A model generated the notes under the pieces. The model saw nothing but the letters and a program-made list of their open reading frames with translations, did no database searches and had not been told where the DNA came from. A program made the translations under genes and the position numbers. Of a stretch of 64,000 nt of DNA, positions 18,277 through 31,697 are shown piece after piece. The stretch's first letter is position 1. The number at the start of each line of letters is the position of its first letter. Origin of the DNA: Eledone cirrhosa (taxonomy: Eukaryota); contig OZ024741.1 of the NCBI GenBank assembly GCA_964016885.1, forward strand, positions 131,998,001 through 132,062,000, written 5' to 3'.

Positions 18277-18890
18277 AGCGGGGGATTTGCAGTATTGATA
18301 GAACGTCGGGCACCATGCATTTAGTTACGGCTCTTTATGTTATGTGTCTAAATCCTGTCGAGGTTAGCTTTGTCTTTCATCCTTATGGCGTCGGTAAAAT
18401 AAAGTACCAGTAACGCACTGGGATAATTTTAATCGACTTTCCCTTCCTCTAATTATTATTATTAGGCGGTGGATTGGCAGTATCAGTAAAGCGTCGGACG
18501 CCATGCTTTTCAGCATAGAGTTACGGCCCTTTATGATCTGAGGTCAGATCCTGCCGAGGTTAACTTTGCCTTTCATCCTTACGAGGTCGATAAAATAAAG
18601 TACCAGTCACGCCCTGGGGTCGAGTTAATCGACTTTCCCGTCCCCCAAAATTGCTGGCCTTGTGTCTATCGTAGAAATCATTATTAGGGCGGTGGATTGG
18701 CAGTATCAGTACTCAGTAGAGCATCGGACAACATGCATTTAATTACGTCCCTTTATGTTCTGAGTTAGCTTTGCCTTTCCTCCTTACGTGATTGATAAAG
18801 TAAAGTACATGTGCTGCACTGTAGGTGATTTAATCGGCTTTCCCTTACCCAGAAAATTGTTGTCCTTGTGCCTAAATCAGAAACCATTAT
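18277..18890 (+). mobile_element. Head-to-tail array of three Meta-domain SINEs
   Basis: Three heads (~18277, ~18464, ~18688) separated by ATT tails. Confidence 0.9.
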
Positions 18891-18990
18891 TTTGGCTATT
18901 TATCACGACCAACTTTGGTGTTGCTTTGGGCCGGTTATTCTAAGGCATACCGAGTTACAACTAGATAAATAGAAATATAAACACACTGAC

Positions 18991-19068
<78 letters not shown>

Positions 19069-19811
19069 GAAACACACAGATACATGCGGACACACACATA
19101 TACATGAATGCATCCGCACCCAACCGTGAGTTAAGGGTGCCAACTTCACCGATGTTGCTCAATGAATGACTGGGACAGACCAATCCGGTTGGACTAGACT
19201 GAACCAGTATCAGAGTTAAAAATACATTATGAAGAGAGAAGAAACATTTAGATGTAATTAGTAATAAAATGTATCATACCTAAACTGCTCCTAGATTCCT
19301 CGACTACGTAGTTTCATGGCATAAACAAAAACAATACATCATAAAGATATAGAGTCCTTGCGAGGTCTGCCGACTTATCAAGAGGATACCTCATTTTACT
19401 AGTCTCAAGAACGCGTCTACACGACGTGAGAAAGAATCCCAAAAGGCGGAGGGGGAGACAGTCACGCGATATAACGGTCGAGAAACAGAGCTAAGCCTCT
19501 TATAACCCCGAAGAAAATACCACATATATATAAACATGAGAAGAAAGAAGAATACTGCGTGGTTTGTACATGGGTTACATATGATAAAAATAGTCCTTCG
19601 TCAGTGATTTTCCAACCATCATTGGTATTTCATCATTGGTATTTCATGGCAGAAGGGTATACGGTGCTGTCAGTGTTGAACAAAAAGGTGACGTGGTTGC
19701 CTTAACACCGTACGGCATAAATCAGGCTGTCCGTTTGTTTACAAACGGACAAAGCGGGCGTTATAATAAACGTCCGCTAAACTGATACGTACATATATAT
19801 ATGTGTACCTG

Positions 19812-19849
<38 letters not shown>

Positions 19850-19861
19850 TGCTACTGTACG

Positions 19862-19905
19862 TCTGTATACATATATGTATGTACGTATACATACATACTT
19901 ACATT

Positions 19906-19977
<72 letters not shown>

Positions 19978-20146
19978 CAATAAATATTAGAAATATATGC
20001 GCATGCGCACAAACAGCAAAAGATAAAACAGTCATTCTGCTCCCATCCTCAAAACCCACTACACTAACTCTCCCTTTCGCTCTCTCATCCGCTCTCTGTA
20101 CCTCTGTATACATATATGTATGTACGTATACATACATACTTACATT

Positions 20147-20218
<72 letters not shown>

Positions 20219-20338
20219 CAATAAATATTAGAAATATATGCGCATGCGCACAAACAGCAAAAGATAAAACAGTCATTCTGCTCCCATCCTCAAAACCCAC
20301 TACACTAACTCTCTCTTTCGCTCTCTCATCCGCTCTCT
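19862..20338. repeat. Tandem duplication, period ~241 bp
   Basis: 19862-20098 repeated at 20103-20338, including the microsatellites. Confidence 0.93.
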
Positions 20339-20355
20339 CTCTTTCTCTCTCTCTC

Positions 20356-20409
<54 letters not shown>

Positions 20410-20814
20410 GCTTCATTAAATATCCTTAAAACATCATTCACCGTACACCGTACTGGATAATTAAACAGCTCTATCAATTTAAAATAATTAATTTTTGTCA
20501 AAAATTATTCCGATATTATCTTACATCTATTCAATCAATAATAATATTCGATTTTGTTTTTCCTCTTGTTTCATTTATTTAATTATTATTCTGTCTATAT
20601 TGGAAATATAAATATTGTATTTTATAATATGATGGTTGTACACAGTCCATTGCATATATAACCAAAGGTATCCATTCGTGGGGGATTATATTACAGGCAT
20701 ATGCATCACTGATCAACTTGGTGGCATCAAAAGTAACCCTCTAGATGTCTGTTGACCTGCTAGAAATAGCACTCAACTTCGTTTCAAATACCACCGTATT
20801 GTTTTCAAATAATA

Positions 20815-21240
20815 GTTCCTGATTTAGGCACAAGGCCAACAATGTTGGGGTAAAGGGGAAGGAAAGTCTATTAAATCGACCCCAGTGCATTACTGGTACT
20901 TTATTTATCGACCCTGTAAGGATGAACGGCAAAGCTAACATCGGCGTGGTTTGAATTCAGAAGGTAAAGGATCGCAACTTTATGCCGCAAAGCATGTTGT
21001 CCGACGCTCTACCGATACTGCCAATCCACCGCTCTAATAATTGTTTCTACTTTTGGCACAAGGCCAGCAATTATCCTAGTGTATCACTGGTTCTTTATTT
21101 TATCGACCCCGTAAGGATGAAAGGCAAAGTTAACCTCGGCGGGATTTGAACTCAGACCATAAAGGGCTGTAACTCTTTGCTGTAAAGCATGGTGTCAGAC
21201 CCTCTACCGATACTGCCAATTCACCGCCCTGCACCGCCCT
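20815..21240 (-). mobile_element. Two tandem Meta-domain SINEs
   Basis: Reverse-complement heads, cores and tails; pair flanked by the direct repeat ATTGTTTTCAAATAATA. Confidence 0.9.
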
Positions 21241-21559
21241 AATAATAATAATAATTGTTTTCAAATAATAAAAAGGTAATATTGAATAATGTATTTTGGG
21301 GGTGCCTACGCTTTTACAAAAAAATAGACGTGAGGATCAGAGCTGGAATTTTTTTGATCACATGTCTGCTTGACCAAAGTTGACTTGGGAGCTAAACAAC
21401 AACTACAACTATGACAAACATGGATTGACCAAATCTTTAACGTATGGCAGTTCAAATAGCTGTAGATGTCATATTTGCGTTTATTCAAAAGGTAGGTAAA
21501 ATTAATTTTCCGTCGTGAAATTTAGTTAGTTAAGTTAAAACCTGTTCTAAGCCGATGCT

Positions 21560-21735
21560 TATCGACGGTTTCCTTGGCGTTAAGCGACTGAGAGTACAAG
21601 ACGCTGGACTATCTCAGTTGAGTGAACTATAGCAACGTGAAACAAATTGTCTTGCTCAAGAACATAACGCAACAACCTGGAATCGAACCGACGACATTAC
21701 GATCCTACGTCAAGTATCCTAACCATTAGGCCACT
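21560..21735 (-). mobile_element. tRNA-derived SINE of a different family
   Basis: Minus strand GTGGCCTAATGGTTAGG (A-box), GGTTCGATTCC (B-box), then TTCTTGAGCAAGACA. Confidence 0.65.
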
Positions 21736-21901
21736 AAGGTTGATATAATCAACTGTCCCTCCCCTATCTCCAAATGAAAATTTTCGGCGTTGTGTCTATG
21801 CGAGAAATCAATAATTTCCCCAAAATATAAACCACATTAATTATTCTAATGGATAGTAATCTCAACTCTATCATTAATTTTAATTCATTATGTCTTAATG
21901 A

Positions 21902-22088
21902 GGGCGGTGGATTGGCAGTATCGGTAGAGGGTCGGACGCCATGCTTTGACGCATAGAGTTACGTCCATTGCCATTCTGAGTTCAAATCCCGCCAAGGTTA
22001 ACTTTGCCTTTCATCCTCATGGGGTCGATGAAATAAAGTACCAGTAATGCACTGGGTAATTGCTGGCCTTGTGCCAAAAGTAGAAACA
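21902..22088 (+). mobile_element. Meta-domain SINE with 15-bp TSD
   Basis: Full head, core and tail; ATTATGTCTTAATGA at 21887-21901 and 22089-22103. Confidence 0.93.
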
Positions 22089-22114
22089 ATTATGTCTTAA
22101 TGAAGTTCAGTAAA

Positions 22115-22336
22115 TCATGTTTTCTGATTTAAGCACAAGGCCAATAATTTTCCGCGTAGAGAAAAGTTGATTAAATCTACCCCAATGCGCTACTGGTACT
22201 TTATTTTATCAAACCCATAAGGAAGAAAGGCAAAGCTAACCACAACTGGTTTTAAACTCAGAACGTAAAAGACGGTAACTATATTCCGCAAACCATGTTG
22301 GCCGATGCTCTACCGATACTGCCAATCTATCGCCCT
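22115..22336 (-). mobile_element. Older Meta-domain SINE
   Basis: Diverged reverse-complement head, core and tail. Confidence 0.85.
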
Positions 22337-22537
22337 TGAAGTTCGAAAATAATAAAGCGTATCAAAGAAAAGCAGGATATAAGTGACCAATGGTCCAGTT
22401 GTTGAATTAACGGAGCATTTTGCTCGTGAAATTAACAATGTAAGAGACTAAGCATTCCACAGACTCAGCAACATGAAATAAACTAGCTTGCTCGAGAGCA
22501 CAACACCCTGCAGGGAATAGAACTCATGCCCTTACAG

Positions 22538-22568
<31 letters not shown>

Positions 22569-22626
22569 AAATAAAAAATAAAATAAAATAAATAAGTCAA
22601 ATGTTTAAAATTTGGCATCGTTTATT

Positions 22627-22681
22627 ACTGCTATATATATTTCGGTGACAGCCATCCTTGGCTGTGACCTCTTCAGGCAGT
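22627..22681 (-). ncRNA. Minimal type I hammerhead ribozyme, family H2, apparently intact
   Basis: ACTGC-CTGAAGA-GGTCACAGCCA-AGGA-TGGCTGTCACC-GAAA-T-ATAT-A-T-A-GCAGT: 5-bp stem I, 10/11-bp stem II, palindromic loop 3, AUA triplet. Confidence 0.88.
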
Positions 22682-22744
22682 CCGAATTAGTGTGGTAGAG
22701 ACGAGTACACATGTTTTTGAGGTGTATAACTTTGTCAATATACT

Positions 22745-22796
<52 letters not shown>

Positions 22797-22799
22797 GTA

Positions 22800-23196
22800 T
22801 GTTCTTCTGGTTTTATAATTTCACAAAGTTTTACTAATAGAGAGGGAGTCAGTTTCTAACATAGACACAAGACTCTCTCATTGGAATTTACACATCAACT
22901 AGGTAGATATGCATGTGTAGATATGGATGTTATTGTATGTATGGATGTGTATGTTTTGAGTTGTATGTGTGCATGTGTATATGCTTTGTATCTGTACATG
23001 TATATATGCAGTTATTAGATGCAAAATTTGTTCCATTAATGCATTGTACTTGTAGTTTCCTAACTAGTTGTGTTCTTTCTGTTCCTGTGAAGCCTAGCTT
23101 CCCAAGATTTGTATTGAGGCAGTTACTAACATATCCCAGTGCCCCAATAATCACAGGCATAAATCTGAAGGTGTAATCATGGTGGAGTATCTGCAT
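22800..23196 (-). mobile_element. 3' fragment of an R4-type RLE LINE with (ATAC)n at its 3' end
   Basis: Translation YTFRFMPVIIGALGYV resembles YTFSFIPIIIGATGYI of the neighbouring element. Confidence 0.7.
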
Positions 23197-23249
23197 GTAT
23201 CTATGTATGTATGTATGTATGTATGTATGTATGTATGTATGTATGTATG

Positions 23250-26200
23250 TTATATCTTTCTCTTAATTTCGAGTATATTTTTTTGACCGGCCACCTTCCT
23301 GGTGTCAAGGTTGTAAAAGAAAAGAAATTGTCATCCCTTGAATCGCAAGAATGTTTTGCAAATTTTGAAGGTGCCAGCTATCGCAACCATTTGTAGACTA
23401 TGAATTAGGGAGCTGCGCTCTTTGTCCGCAAATCCAAGTTCAGTCATACTTTGGTCCAAACGGGTTGGTATACAATAATGATGGGTATGAAGCTAAAGGT
23501 GTATCTTGGATACTGGAATTGCAAACTCCTCATCAATGGTCCGTAGATGTCCTCCTTCTCCTGTATTTTTCTGACAACGTTTACATCAAGTGGGCAGCTG
23601 ATCTCCACAACAGAAGACGTTTTCAATGTGTGGTCCCAAACAACAATATCAGGCCGGTTGTGCTTTAATTTGGTGGCAGTTTTTATTTTCAGGTTCCACC
23701 AGTATTTCTTAGTGCCATCTGTCTCAATATATTCTTCCTCGTTTGTTGTTAATTTTGTTTTCCGAAGTGCGTTCCAGATGGTTCTAGCTATCCCATCGTG
23801 TCTCATGGGGAGGTAGTAGCGAGATGACATTCTTTCGCAGCTAGCAACAATGTGGCTTACATACTCGATCTTTGTTTTACTTAGCCTACATTTATTGTCA
23901 GCTGATGGCCCTCCAATTTTGTGCAGCAGATATTTGGTAGGGAGTTCTTGTTCTTGTATTGCATAGAGATATCCCTAAAGGTGTGATGTCATAAACTTGT
24001 CGGAACTCCATGACAGGCTTTTTGAGTGGTTTATCCCCTCTATGGTCTGTGTTTTACGTCTCAAGTATGCATGCACAACTTTTTCTGTAAATTGGTCAAT
24101 TTTTTCATCTTGTTTGAACATTGAATAGGATCTTCCGATTTCTCTGGGTGAGAGATTTATATCAGGCTTTATTCCATATCTCTCCTCGAGATCAGTCGCT
24201 ATTCTAATGATATTTTTTGTTCATGATCATAAACCTGGGCAAGATGGTTGCCAACCTTTTTCCTCTGTTGAAGGTGTTGCTTCAGTGTTACTATCCAGGT
24301 CTCATATGATGTTAATATGGATTTTAGACCCCGGCCACCTTCCTTGCGTGAGAAGTATAGCCTATCCACATCCCCATTGATGTTAAAGTTCCCAGTAACA
24401 CTGAGAAGTTTGCGAGTTCTAACATCCATGTCACTTAGTTCTTGCAATAACCAGTTCAGCAGGACAAATGTTGGCGTTAGAATTGGCACAGCATAAGTAT
24501 TGTGGGCAATTTATTTGTTGTACGCTGACAGTTCTGATGACCATATTTTCTTTACTCTTCTGAGGTATTCAGTTCTGGTTCTCTCCTTATTTATGGGTCC
24601 ATCATATCTGACATTCTCATCCTGTCCAAGATATATGTAGTTGTCACATGACTGTAGAGGTTGTATTATCAGGCCGTTCATCTCTAGATTTCTAGAGGAA
24701 GGCACAGCTCTTCCACGTTTTACTGCCAAATATGCACGCTTGAACTCACCAAATTTCATTTTGATGTCTGTTGAAAATTGTGTAATGAGGTCCAATTGTT
24801 TCTTGATGTCATTGATATTTGGCCCATACAACTTCAGGTCATCAACAAAGAAAAGATGGGAGATACTTCTGGACCCACTTCTTTGTCCACCTTGTTTCCT
24901 GAGTAGGTAAGATAGTGGATTTAGTGAGAGAACGAAGAGTAGCACTGACAAGCTATCACCCTGAAAGATGCCTTTCTGGTAATGTATCCTATCAGTCTTA
25001 ACTTGCTCCTTCTCACCTCTAAGGATCAAATTGGTGTACCAGTTCTTGGTCAGACGTTCAACAGCATCTACCAGTGGTTGTGGGACTTTGGCTAACTGTA
25101 AAGCCTTAACAATCCACCCATGTGGTACACTATCAAATGCTTTTTGATAGTCCAGCGACACCACAGTCATGTTTCTGCGATTCTTTTTTTGTTTTTTCTT
25201 GAATCATTTTATTAGTTAGTAGGTGATCTATGCAACCCCACACCTCCCTCTTTCCACCAGCTTGCTCAGGTGTTATGATGTTGTTGGTAGCACAGTGATC
25301 CTGTAAGAACAGGTTAAGGCACCCAGTATATAATTTATACATGATGTTTTGGCAGGCTATTGGGCGGTAATTTTTAGCAAGGGTGGTTTGGCTATTTTGG
25401 GGAATGAGGAGAGTAGTGGCAGTTGATAACCATCTGGGTAGTTCTTGTGTGCCTTTAATGGTTTCTGTAAACAACTGTATCACATCTTGCCGATAGAAAG
25501 TGAAATTCTTCAACCAGTATCCTGTAATGAGGTCTGGGCCTGGTTATTTCCTATTCGACATTTTCTGTAAAGCTGTTTCCAGTATTGACCCATCTATGTC
25601 ATATAGTTTTGTCTGGACATGTTGGCAGTAGTCCTGTTCCAGTTCTTTTAGCCAATTAGTTTGTCTGTTGAATCCGTCATCCGTTTCCCATACAGATCTC
25701 CAGTAGCTCTCAACCTGTTCTTTTGAAGGGGTGTCATTTACAGGGATTAAGCTTTTGCCACCGAAGCTGCGATAAACAGATTTCGGATCTCTGGCAAACA
25801 ATGTATTTAGCACTTGTCGTTTATGTGCTGTTGACTTATATTTTAGTCTTTCTGTTGTAGCTGTGAGTTGTTGTTTCAACTGGTGTAATTTGGAGTTCAA
25901 AGTTTTAAATTTTGTATCTCCAAATCGTCTCTCTAACTTTTTTTTCAGGTCTTCCTGGTGTCGTGTGAAGTTGCCCTCTATGTTGCATTTCATAACGACT
26001 GGGATGTGTGAGATACTTCGTCTCAGGGACAAAATTTTGCTTTTTAAATTTCGCATCCACGCTGGTTCAGGCGTTTGTATCTTGATTGCGTGGTTTTAGA
26101 TGTGTGTTATATGATAGCAATGTGACAGCTGAAACATATAACAAAATATTAAGCGTTTCAAATGTCGTTTCTACACCTTTAGATCGTATAGCCTTCAGAT

Positions 26201-27445
26201 AATTGCCAGCTATTTCGTTCACCGCTTCCAATTCCAATTTAGTGGGTTCTTTACTGACTCTAGTGTTGTATGGTCTGTCACTCACATTAAGGCTGTGTAT
26301 CTCTTGAAACATATCGTCCCATATCACTTGTAAGGTGTCCACAAGTTTTTGGTGTACTGTTTGTACAGTAGAGTCATGAATTTCAGCCTCGTTGTTGATG
26401 TGGTGACAATTACTACTAGAGTTAGCTGACCATTCTCGCTGTTGTTCAGTGGAAGTGGGATGGATTTCAGCAAAAGTGTTGGTGAGCTGTTCACTGTTAG
26501 ATTTAGCTGGCCATTCTCTTTGTCTATCAGTGGAGGTGGGGTGGTTGTCTACAAGGGCTGTATTTGTAGTATCACTCAATTCCGTTAGATGTAGCAATTT
26601 ACATCTAATGATACGTTTTGCCTGTTCATTTAAATACTTTTGAGAAAAGTCTAATTCTGGGTGTTTGGAGTTCCATAAAGTTTTTAGCCTTTGCATAAAA
26701 CCGAACTTTTGGGGTTCAGATTGTTTGTATGCTTGATATAATTTTTTGTTAAACTCGTAGCTCCACTGTATACAACGGTTGTAGTTGCGATTTGGTCGAA
26801 GAAGACTTGTACGTTTTGCCATGATGAGTTCGTCTATTCACTAATATTTTGTATTTATTTTTCAAAATAGTCGATGATCTTTAAAAGTTTCGACAAAGTT
26901 TTGTCAGAATCAAATTTAAAGTTATTCACAGCTTGGATAATATTTCTTTTCAGTTAGTTTTTAATTCTACAACTGTGTTTTGAATGTTGTTTTTGAATCG
27001 TTTGAATCGAGAACAAAAAAAAAAAAACAGTTACTTAGTATATTTCTTTATGAATGTAATATAATATAACAACGCTGTATTTATGTTAAAGTTTATGTAT
27101 CATTCATATAAATAGGTGTTCTACAACTTATTGTTCAAACACTTATGTTTTTGTTTCTGAATCGAAAACGTTACTTGCATATTTCTTTACAAATGTAACA
27201 TAACAACGTTGCATTTATATGTTAAAGTGTTTGTATCGTTCACATATTATAAGTGTATGTATCGTTCATATAAATAGGTGTTTTACAACACACTTACAGT
27301 TCAAACACTTATGTAGAATTATTGCATGTAATCTTACCGCGTAATGTAGCTCAACTTTTTCCAATATATGGTATGTTGCCTTCATGTAGGCCGTAATTAC
27401 ACACGTCCGATTATCGGACACTGACCACAAAGGTCGCCATTGTAG
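23250..27445 (-). mobile_element. Full-length but disrupted R4/Dong-clade non-LTR retrotransposon (RT + Zn finger + RLE)
   Basis: Consecutive ORF pieces 26822-23444: NYRPIAC, DYQKAFDSVPH, GIFQGDSLS, LFFVDDLK, RHD, RPDIVV..VEISCP; (TATG)n on both sides. Confidence 0.92.
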
Positions 27446-27475
27446 TATGTATGTACGTATGTATGTATGTACGTA

Positions 27476-27553
<78 letters not shown>

Positions 27554-27554
<1 letters not shown>

Positions 27555-28958
27555 TATCTCTTTCACTTAATTTCGAGTATATTTTTTTGACCGGCCACTT
27601 TCCTGGTCGCAAGGTTGTAAAAGAAAAGAAATTGTCATCCCTTGAATCGCAAGAATGTTTTGCAAATTTTGAAGGTGCCAGCTATCGCAGCCATTTGTAG
27701 ACTATGAATTAGGGAGCTGCGCTTTTTGTCAGCAAATCCAAGTTCAGTCATACTTTGGTCCAGGCGGGTTGGTATATAACCCGTAGCTCCAATAATGATG
27801 GGTATGAAGCTAAAGGTGTATCTTGGATACTGGATTTGTAAACTCCTCATCAATGGTCCGTAGATGTCCTCCTTTTCCTGTATTTTTCTGACAATGTTTA
27901 CATCAAGTGGGTAGCTGATCTCCACAACAGAAGACGTTTTCAATGTGTGGTCCCAAACAACAATATCAGGCCGGTTGTGCTTTAATTTGGTGGCAGTTTT
28001 TATTTTCAGGTTCCACCAGTATTCCTTAGTGCCATCTGTCTCAATATATTCTTCCTCGTTTGTTGTTAATTTTGTTTTCCGAAGTGCGTTCCAGATGGTT
28101 CTAGCTATCCCATCGTGTCTCATGGGGAGCTAGTAGCGAGATGACATTCTTTCGCAGCTGGCAACAATGTGGCTTACATCCTCGATCTTTGTTTTACATA
28201 GCCTACATTTATTGTCAGCTGCTGGCCCTCCTCTTTTGTGCAGCAGATATTTGGTAGGGAGTTCTTGTTCCTGTATTGAATAGAGATATCCCTCAAGGTG
28301 TGATATCATAAACCTGTCGGAACTCCATGCCAGGCTTTTTGAGTGGTTTATCCCCTCTATGGTCTGTGTTTTACGTCTCAAATATCCATGCACAACTTTT
28401 TCTGTAAATTGGTCAATTTTTTCATCTTGTTTGAACATTGAATAGGATCTTCCGATTTCTCTGGGTGAGAGATTTATATCAGGCTTTATTCCATATCTCT
28501 CTTCCAGATCAGTCGCTATTCTAATGATTTTTTTTTTTCATGCTCATAAACCTGGGCAAGATGGTTGCCAACCTTTTTTCTCTGTTGAAGGTGTTGCTTC
28601 AGTCTTACTATCCGGGTCTCATATGTTGTTAACATGGATTTTAGACCCCGGCCACCTTCCTTGCGTGAGAAGTATAGCCTATCCACATCCCCATTGATGT
28701 TAAAGTTCCCTATAACACTGAGAGGTTTACGAGTTCTAACATCCATCTCACTTAGTTCTTGCAATGACCAGTTCAGCAGGCCAAATGTTGGCGTTAGAAT
28801 TGGCACAGCATAAGTATTGTGGGCAATGTATTTGCTGTACGCTGACAGTTCTGATGACCATATTTTCTTTACTCTTCTGAGGTATTCAGTTCTGGTTCTC
28901 TCCTTATTTATGGGTCCATCATATCTGACATTCTCATCCTGTCCAAGATATCTGTAGT
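27554..28958 (-). mobile_element. 5'-truncated second copy of the same R4-clade element
   Basis: Highly similar to 23250-24640; CRLCKTKIEDVSHIVASC, RHD, RPDIVV. Confidence 0.93.
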
Positions 28959-28961
28959 ATG

Positions 28962-28994
<33 letters not shown>

Positions 28995-29004
28995 TGTATG
29001 TATG

Positions 29005-29054
<50 letters not shown>

Positions 29055-29097
29055 CTGACGAAACATAAGTCAATTGCATTAACTCAATCCTTTATTT

Positions 29098-29153
29098 ACT
29101 GCTATATATATTTCGATGATACCTATTGAATGGCTATGACCTCATCAGGCAGT
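29098..29153 (-). ncRNA. Minimal hammerhead ribozyme, family H2
   Basis: ACTGC-CTGATGA-GGTCATAGCCATTCAATAGGTATCATC-GAAA-TATATATA-GCAGT; core intact, stem II diverged from the 22627 copy. Confidence 0.82.
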
Positions 29154-29237
29154 TAGTCAGTTCTTAGATATGCCAGCTCTGTATTTTTGGTATTGATGGT
29201 TTCAGAGCCTTGGGAAATATATATATATATATATATA

Positions 29238-30420
29238 CTCTTTTACCTGCTCCAGCCATCTGACTGAGGCCATGCTGGGGCACCGCCCTTGTTGCTACAC
29301 GTTCTATCTCCAGCTTTTGTGGGCTGGCCGTAAAAGAGAGTTCGTTGCTGCTGCCCTTTGGTTACCTTCGTACCAAGCTGTGGGCTCATCCGGGATCCTG
29401 GATAGCAGAGTGTCAAGATGTTTCTTGAAAACATCCACGTCCACACCATGCAGATCTCTCAAATTTCTTGGCAGCTTGTTGAAGAGTTGAGGGCCTTTGA
29501 ACCCCAGGCTATTGCAATATCTGCTCCTTATTCTAGATGTGAAAGACGGGACCTTTAGCACCACTGCCAAAGTTTGGTGCTAGTCCCTCCAGAATTTTTC
29601 ATACGTATATCACTGCTTATCTCTCCCGTCTTCGTTCCAAGGAGTAGAGGTTCAGTTCTTTTAGCATCTCTCAGTAGATCATCTCCTTCATCGTGGCAAT
29701 CCTCTTGGTGTAGCTTCGTTGGATTGCCTCAAGCTCCGTGGTTAGTTTGATACTATGGGGCGACCACAGTTGGAAGCAGTAGTCCAGTCAGCTTAGGACA
29801 AATGTCCTCTATAGTATTAATATGGTTTCTCGGTCTCTTGTCCGGAAAGTCCGCAAGATCTAGCCAGCGAGGCGTCTGCACATTGTCGCCACCCTCATGA
29901 TGTCTATCCCCAGGTCTCGTATCGTTTTCGACACGGGGATTTCGATCCCTCCTAGTCCGATGTAGGTGTGTTGTACTATATCTCTGTTAGCAGGTTGGTA
30001 TTGTAGGGCTTGAACTTTTCCAGCATCAAACTGCATGCTGTTGTCTTCAGCCCATTTGTATATGGCATCCAGATCGTGTTGTAAAAGGGCAGCATCAGCC
30101 TGGTTTTTGATTGCTTGTGCTACCTTTGTGTCATCAGCATAGCTAGTGAGGGATGTTGTATATTCTACAGGGGACATATCTATGAGGGCCACCAGAAACA
30201 GTGGTGGTCCCAAGACTGTGCCATGGGGCACCCCACTTGTTATTGATGTTTCCTTTGAGAGAGCCTCATTGGCTGCAATTGTGTGGTTTCTGTCTTTTAA
30301 GAAATAAATCATGCAGCTACTCACATACATTTCCAGTTGTGCCGGGTCTGTGTAGTTTGTGACATATCATTCCGTGGTCGACCTTGTCAAAGGCCTTCGC
30401 AAAGTCCAAGATATATCACG
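29238..30420 (-). mobile_element. Degenerate CR1-like LINE RT/3' fragment
   Basis: YLDFAKAFDKVDH, SGVPHGTVLGP, YADDTK, IRDLG; several frameshifts. Confidence 0.88.
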
Positions 30421-30451
30421 TTCAAATGTGGATATATATATATATATATAT

Positions 30452-30588
30452 AACGAAGAAAGTATGGTAAGGACCATAATACACCAGAGTACTCGATACT
30501 TAGGGTAGTAGAGTGGGTAATGGGAAAAGAGTCGGATCTAGCTGTCGAAACGCCGGAGCTCAGCCGTCGGGGTCCTGACTTTTTTCCT
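30452..30588 (+). mobile_element. Family X short repeat in (TA)n
   Basis: Homologous to 17403-17588. Confidence 0.65.
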
Positions 30589-30661
30589 ATATATATACAT
30601 ATATATACATTAATATATGATTTTAGCTCGTAGAAAATCTACTGCAGACTTTCTGTTTTGA

Positions 30662-30785
30662 GAATTGTTTCTACTTATGGCACAAGGCTAGCAATTACCC
30701 TAGTGCGTTAATGGTACTTTATTTTATCGACCCTGTAAGGAGGAAAAGCAAAGTTAACCTTGGTGGGATCTGAACTCAGAACCTA
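30662..30785 (-). mobile_element. 5'-truncated Meta-domain SINE
   Basis: Reverse-complement B-box, core and tail. Confidence 0.85.
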
Positions 30786-31546
30786 AAGTATCGTTGTAGA
30801 TATCTAAACTGCGATCACGTCACAGTGATCTCAGTAACCACGGGTGAAAGCTAATACTACTATTTCAGAATCATTATTCTCTTTCGACGATGTGTTTCTG
30901 TTGTTTCAAGACAATACATGAAGTGTTCTTTGCATCCATCGCACAGCCCTTTTCCCAGAGTATGTCGAGTCATTTTCACCCCTTCCTAAAAAGACCATTA
31001 AAAAATACTCGTACGAATTAAATACAAAAAAGTTTTAGTCCAAAACAAAAGCAAACTATTTCAAATTATATATTTTTGAAAAATAGACGTGAATATTCTC
31101 AAAGACTTGATCTCAATCGAAAAAGCTTTTTTTAATTCTATATTTCACTGTTAGCTGTTGTAATATTTTGATTGGATAAACAATTCTACAATTCAAACTG
31201 TAAAGTCAAAATACAAAAGATGCAAAATATGAAGAATTTCTTACCTTTCTCTGAAATCACAAACTCAGGGGGAAAATAGTACCTTGCAAAATAAAATACC
31301 TCGTAGCAAAATACAATACTTAGTAGCAACGAATGAATTGAGAAGCTTGGTGACAGTGAGAAAGCAATATTTGCATCCCTTATATATACACATAGATAGA
31401 TACACACACACAAATATATACATACACACACACAAACTTGTGTGTGTTGTGTGTGTGCCTTGGTTTTGGTACAGAAAGAATTTTGGCTCCAATTTTTATT
31501 GCCAGGTCAAAGGCCACTGCTCTTTTCAACAACGCCAAATAACAAC

Positions 31547-31592
<46 letters not shown>

Positions 31593-31697
31593 GTATATAA
31601 ATGAAGAGAGAAAGAGGGGGGGAGACAGAGAGAATAAGAAATGTGTATGTGTGTGTTTGGTACACGTCTATCTACCTATCTATCTATCTAACTCCAA

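Noticed and set aside
21680-21735. tRNA gene (also SINE heads and 43560-43928)
   Set aside because: A/B boxes are present, but no complete cloverleaf could be drawn and the sequence continues into SINE bodies
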